Positions 17,883 through 21,065 of a stretch of DNA of 21,065 nucleotides are shown here, piece after piece. The position numbers and the translations under genes are program-made. This DNA is from a virus (lineage: Duplodnaviria > Heunggongvirae > Uroviricota > Caudoviricetes). The notes beneath the pieces are model-generated. The model was not told where the DNA came from. It searched no databases and worked only from the letters and a program-made list of their open reading frames with translations. The first letter of the stretch is position 1; every line of letters starts with the position of its first letter. The stretch lies in the IMG/VR virus record IMGVR_UViG_2718218228_000013. One strand, 5' to 3'.

Positions 17883-18306
17883 GCCATTCAATATCTGGCG
17901 CACCGGAAGTATCGACCAGCTCCAGTGCGTCCAGATAATCCAGCCACAAATTATATTGCGTCAGTTCGTCACCTTTCAGACGACCAATAGCCGCTTTACC
18001 GGGCCATTGCTTACTGTTCATGTATTCGTTGGCCTGGTTAATTAGTAGCTGTCTTTCTGATTCAGTAATTTCAATAAGCTCTTCATGCGTGGGTGGAGGA
18101 ATATCTGCCCACGCAGGCAGCCCATCATCTCCGGCAATACGGATTTTTCCTTGTGGCGGTTCAGCCATAAACTCACTGATAATATTTTGATTTACTTCCT
18201 TAGCGTCTGATAAATCCCATCCCTCTGATTTATATTTATCAATCATATCCACAGGGAAAAAAGCATTATGCCTTGCGCTATAAACATATTCGTCCATATA
18301 AATCAC
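17854..18306 (-). CDS. tfa: Tail fibre assembly protein (alternative Tfa, opposite orientation)
   Basis: Tfa C-terminus (LWLDYLDALELVDTSGAPDIEWPTPP); convergent with the other tfa, as in invertible G/P segments. Confidence 0.8.
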   Translation of the reverse strand: MIYMDEYVYSARHNAFFPVDMIDKYKSEGWDLSDAKEVNQNIISEFMAEPPQGKIRIAGDDGLPAWADIPPPTHEELIEITESERQLLINQANEYMNSKQWPGKAAIGRLKGDELTQYNLWLDYLDALELVDTSGAPDIEWPTPPAVQAR

Positions 18307-18414
18307 CCTGAATAAAATTACTCACCAACAGCCCACCAACTGTAATTCATCGATACCGTGTGAACCGCCCCGGGTTTCCTGGAGACTAAACTCCCTGAGA
18401 AAGAGGTAAACAGG

Positions 18415-18741
18415 ATGACTAAAAATACTCGTTTTTCCCCCGAAGTCCGTCAGCGGGCGATTCGTATGGTTCTGGAAAGTCAGGATGAATATGACTCACA
18501 GTGGGCGGCAATTTGTTCCATTGCCCCAAAGATTGGCTGTACGCCGGAGACTCTGCGTGTCTGGGTTCGCCAGCATGAGCGGGATACCGGGGGCGGTGAT
18601 GGTGGGCTCACCAGCGCTGAACGTCAGCGTCTGAAAGAGCTGGAACGTGAAAATCGTGAACTGCGCCGCAGTAACGATATCCTTCGCCAGGCTTCCGCTT
18701 ATTTTGCGAAGGCGGAGTTCGACCGCCTCTGGAAAAAATGA
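18415..18741 (+). CDS. IS3-family transposase OrfA (HTH)
   Basis: [22 protein letters not shown]...[31 protein letters not shown] is the OrfA type of IS629/IS3-group elements. Confidence 0.9.
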   Translation: MTKNTRFSPEVRQRAIRMVLESQDEYDSQWAAICSIAPKIGCTPETLRVWVRQHERDTGGGDGGLTSAERQRLKELERENRELRRSNDILRQASAYFAKAEFDRLWKK

Positions 18742-19628
18742 TGCCACTGCTGGATAAGCTGCGTGAGCAGTACGGGGTCGGACCGGTATGCAGCGAACTG
18801 CATATTGCCCCGTCAACGTATTACCATTGTCAGCAACAGCGACATCATCCGGATAAACGCAGTGCCCGTGCGCAGCACGACGACTGGCTGAAGAGAGAGA
18901 TACAGCGCGTATACGATGAAAATCATCAGGTGTACGGTGTGCGTAAAGTCTGGCGTCAGTTGTTACGGGAAGGAATCAGGGTGGCCAGATGTACAGTGGC
19001 ACGTCTCATGGCGGTTATGGGACTTGCCGGTGTTCTCCGGGGTAAAAAGGTCCGTACGACCATCAGCCGGAAAGCCGTTGCCGCAGGCGACCGCGTAAAC
19101 CGTCAGTTCGTGGCAGAACGACCTGACCAGCTGTGGGTGGCTGATTTTACTTACGTCAGCACATGGCAGGGCTTCGTCTATGTGGCGTTTATCATTGATG
19201 TGTTTGCCGGATACATCGTGGGGTGGCGGGTCTCATCGTCTATGGAAACGACATTCGTGCTGGATGCGCTGGAGCAGGCGTTGTGGGCCCGTCGTCCGTC
19301 TGGCACCATCCATCACAGCGATAAAGGCTCTCAGTATGTGTCACTGGCCTATACGGAGCGACTAAAAGAAGCCGGATTACTGGCATCAACAGGGAGTACA
19401 GGCGACTCGTATGACAACGCGATGGCTGAGAGCATCAATGGTCTTTACAAAGCGGAGGTAATACACCGTAAGAGCTGGAAAAACCGTGCAGAAGTGGAAC
19501 TGGCCACACTAACGTGGGTGGACTGGTATAACAATCGACGATTGCTGGGAAGGCTGGGCCATACTCCTCCGGCAGAAGCAGAAAAAGCTTATTATGCTTC
19601 CATCGGAAACGATGATCTGGCAGCCTGA
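18738..19628 (+). CDS. IS3-family transposase OrfB (DDE integrase core), expressed as OrfAB by -1 frameshift
   Basis: DDE region (WVADFTYV...HSDKGSQY...[11 protein letters not shown]); overlaps OrfA at the A6 run 18733-18738. Confidence 0.9.
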   Translation: MMPLLDKLREQYGVGPVCSELHIAPSTYYHCQQQRHHPDKRSARAQHDDWLKREIQRVYDENHQVYGVRKVWRQLLREGIRVARCTVARLMAVMGLAGVLRGKKVRTTISRKAVAAGDRVNRQFVAERPDQLWVADFTYVSTWQGFVYVAFIIDVFAGYIVGWRVSSSMETTFVLDALEQALWARRPSGTIHHSDKGSQYVSLAYTERLKEAGLLASTGSTGDSYDNAMAESINGLYKAEVIHRKSWKNRAEVELATLTWVDWYNNRRLLGRLGHTPPAEAEKAYYASIGNDDLAA

Positions 19629-19796
19629 GTTCACAGATAAAACACTCTCCAGGAAACCCGGGGCGGTTCATAACCAATTGTATTTATTTTAAAATTAATA
19701 GGTGCAACTCACTAAACAACGCAATTCTGATCTCTCGATCACCTCCCAAGCCACACAACCCTGCAAAAAATAAATCTATATAAAAAACATACAGAT

Positions 19797-19859
19797 AACC
19801 ATCTGCGGTGATAAATTATCTCTGGCGATGTTGACACAAATACCACTAGCGGTGATACC
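19797..19859 (+). promoter_or_regulatory. Lambda-like OL3-OL2-OL1 operators and pL promoter (-35 TTGACA 19831-19836; -10 GATACC 19854-19859)
   Basis: Near-identity to lambda OL/pL as recalled (AACCATCTGCGGTGATA; TATCTCTGGCGaTGTTG; TACCACTaGCGGTGATA), with scattered substitutions. Confidence 0.8.
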
Positions 19860-19896
19860 AAGCACATCAGCAGGACGCACTAACCACCATGAAGGT

Positions 19897-19929
19897 GATG
19901 CTCTTAAAAATTAAGCCCTGAAGAAGGGC
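19897..19929 (+). promoter_or_regulatory. nutL-like antitermination site (boxA GATGCTCTTAA; boxB hairpin GCCCTGAAGAAGGGC)
   Basis: boxB stem-loop identical to lambda nutL boxB; boxA one substitution from lambda as recalled. Confidence 0.8.
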
Positions 19930-20086
19930 AGCATTCAAAGCAGAAGGCTTTGGTGTGTGTGATACGAAACGAAGCATTGGCCGGAAGTGCGAATCCGGAT
20001 TAGCAGCCAATGTGCCATTGCGGGGTGTTTTCGTTCAGGACTACGACTCCCACACACAACCAAAGCTAACTAACAGGAGAATCCAG

Positions 20087-20200
20087 ATGGATGCACAAAC
20101 ACGCCGCCGCGAACGTCGCGCAGAGAAACAGGCTCAATGGAAAGCAGATCGGATTCTGGCTTCAACATTTCGCAGGAATGCAACTAAGAGACATTACTGA
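20087..20200 (+). pseudogene. N: Truncated lambda N-like antiterminator (first 20 codons, the arginine-rich motif only)
   Basis: [20 protein letters not shown] identical to the lambda N amino terminus, then unrelated sequence and a stop 17 codons later. Confidence 0.8.
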
Positions 20201-21065
20201 ATCAAAAATTTATTCAGCAATGCAGAAAATGACGAACCGGCGTCATGAGGAAAACTGGAAACTCAGGGCAGAAGCATGCAGAAAAAAAGGGAAACCTGTT
20301 CCAGAATACACGCCAAAACCAGCGTCCGTTGCAACGAAGGCTACGCATCTTTCATTTATAAAGGCCCTGCTAAGAGCCGCAGAGCGTGAATGGAAAATGC
20401 TCGATAAGGCACCAATTATTAAAGTGCCTCAACCAAAGAATAAACGGATCCGCTGGCTGGAGCCCCATGAAGCACAAAGGCTGATTGATGAATGTCCGGA
20501 GCCATTAAAGTCTGTTGTTGAATTTGCACTGGCAACAGGCTTAAGACGCTCGAACATCATCAACCTTGAATGGCAACAAATAGATATGCAGCGCCGGGTG
20601 GCATGGATAAACCCGGAAGAGAGTAAATCAAACCGCGCAATTGGCGTTGCGCTGAATGATACTGCATGTCGCGTATTGAAAAAACAAATCGGTAATCATC
20701 ACCGTTGGGTATTTGTGTACAAGGAAAGCTGTACCAAACCAGACGGAACGAAAGCGCCAACAGTAAGGAAGATGCGGTATGACGCAAACACAGCCTGGAA
20801 AGCGGCGCTGAGACGGGCTGGTATTGATGATTTCAGATTTCACGACTTGAGACACACCTGGGCAAGTTGGCTGGTTCAAGCCGGAGTCCCGTTGTCAGTG
20901 TTACAGGAAATGGGAGGCTGGGAGTCTATCGAAATGGTTCGTCGATATGCTCACCTTGCACCTAATCACCTTACCGAACACGCACGGCAAATAGACTCGA
21001 TCCTGAACCCATCGGTCCCAAATTTGTCCCAGTCAAAAAATAAGGAAGGTACTAATGATGTGTAA
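20091..21065 (+). CDS. Phage tyrosine integrase, 5'-truncated and fused to the N' segment (possible pseudogene)
   Basis: Integrase-like sequence from about 20148 (GFWLQHFAG...) to [10 protein letters not shown]...VRRYAHL; the first about 19 codons are lambda N DNA read out of frame. Confidence 0.65.
   Translation: MHKHAAANVAQRNRLNGKQIGFWLQHFAGMQLRDITESKIYSAMQKMTNRRHEENWKLRAEACRKKGKPVPEYTPKPASVATKATHLSFIKALLRAAEREWKMLDKAPIIKVPQPKNKRIRWLEPHEAQRLIDECPEPLKSVVEFALATGLRRSNIINLEWQQIDMQRRVAWINPEESKSNRAIGVALNDTACRVLKKQIGNHHRWVFVYKESCTKPDGTKAPTVRKMRYDANTAWKAALRRAGIDDFRFHDLRHTWASWLVQAGVPLSVLQEMGGWESIEMVRRYAHLAPNHLTEHARQIDSILNPSVPNLSQSKNKEGTNDV

Larger units (their letters stand above)
18361..19670 (+). 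mobile_element. IS629-like IS3-family insertion sequence, 1310 bp, perfect 25-bp terminal inverted repeats
   Basis: IRL TGAACCGCCCCGGGTTTCCTGGAGA at 18361-18385, exact reverse complement at 19646-19670; OrfA/OrfB with A6 slippery overlap; flanks GTG vs TAA (no duplication). Confidence 0.9.

Noticed and set aside
20091-20146. ORF-track start [19 protein letters not shown] of the integrase ORF
   Set aside because: These codons are the lambda N 5' region read in the +1 frame, not a native integrase N-terminus; integrase-like sequence begins only at about 20148.
19780-20146. Engineered pL expression cassette (cloning-vector contamination)
   Set aside because: The region differs from lambda at several scattered positions in the operators, -10 and boxA, and is embedded between an IS element and prophage genes. 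Natural lambdoid divergence is more plausible.

Overview
Mosaic accessory region containing three mobile-element layers. (1) About 126-13058: a P4-like phage satellite, with alpha primase-helicase (777 aa), an AlpA/Vis regulator, a Sid-Psu-Ogr/Delta late operon, a P4-type integrase, and 17-bp att-type direct repeats that match the 3' end of a tRNA-Thr fragment. Between the Ogr/Delta gene and int lies a markedly AT-rich six-ORF cassette on the minus strand (8389-11665), in the position of the known P4 defence hotspot. It combines an Mrr-type PD-(D/E)xK nuclease motif, two unknown proteins, and a Rad50/SMC-like ATPase (Walker A, coiled coil with a central CxxC, Walker B-like) that is interrupted by an in-frame TAA and a frame change. 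I read it as a candidate, possibly decaying or slippage-regulated, anti-phage system with Lamassu/ABC-3C-like architecture; this is motif-level inference only. (2) 13130-14556: an IS2-like transposase remnant and an AT-rich AraC-family regulator. (3) 15139 to the window end: a degraded lambdoid/e14-like prophage remnant, comprising a 62-nt tRNA-Ser 3' fragment, a GIY-YIG nuclease gene, a Pin-type invertase with tail-fibre cassette remnants, an intact 1310-bp IS629-like element with no target duplication, and a lambda-like OL/pL-nutL-N' segment fused to a 5'-truncated integrase. No intact tRNA, rRNA or CRISPR array was seen. All homology statements come from reading the translations and from memory of well-known proteins; no searches were run.
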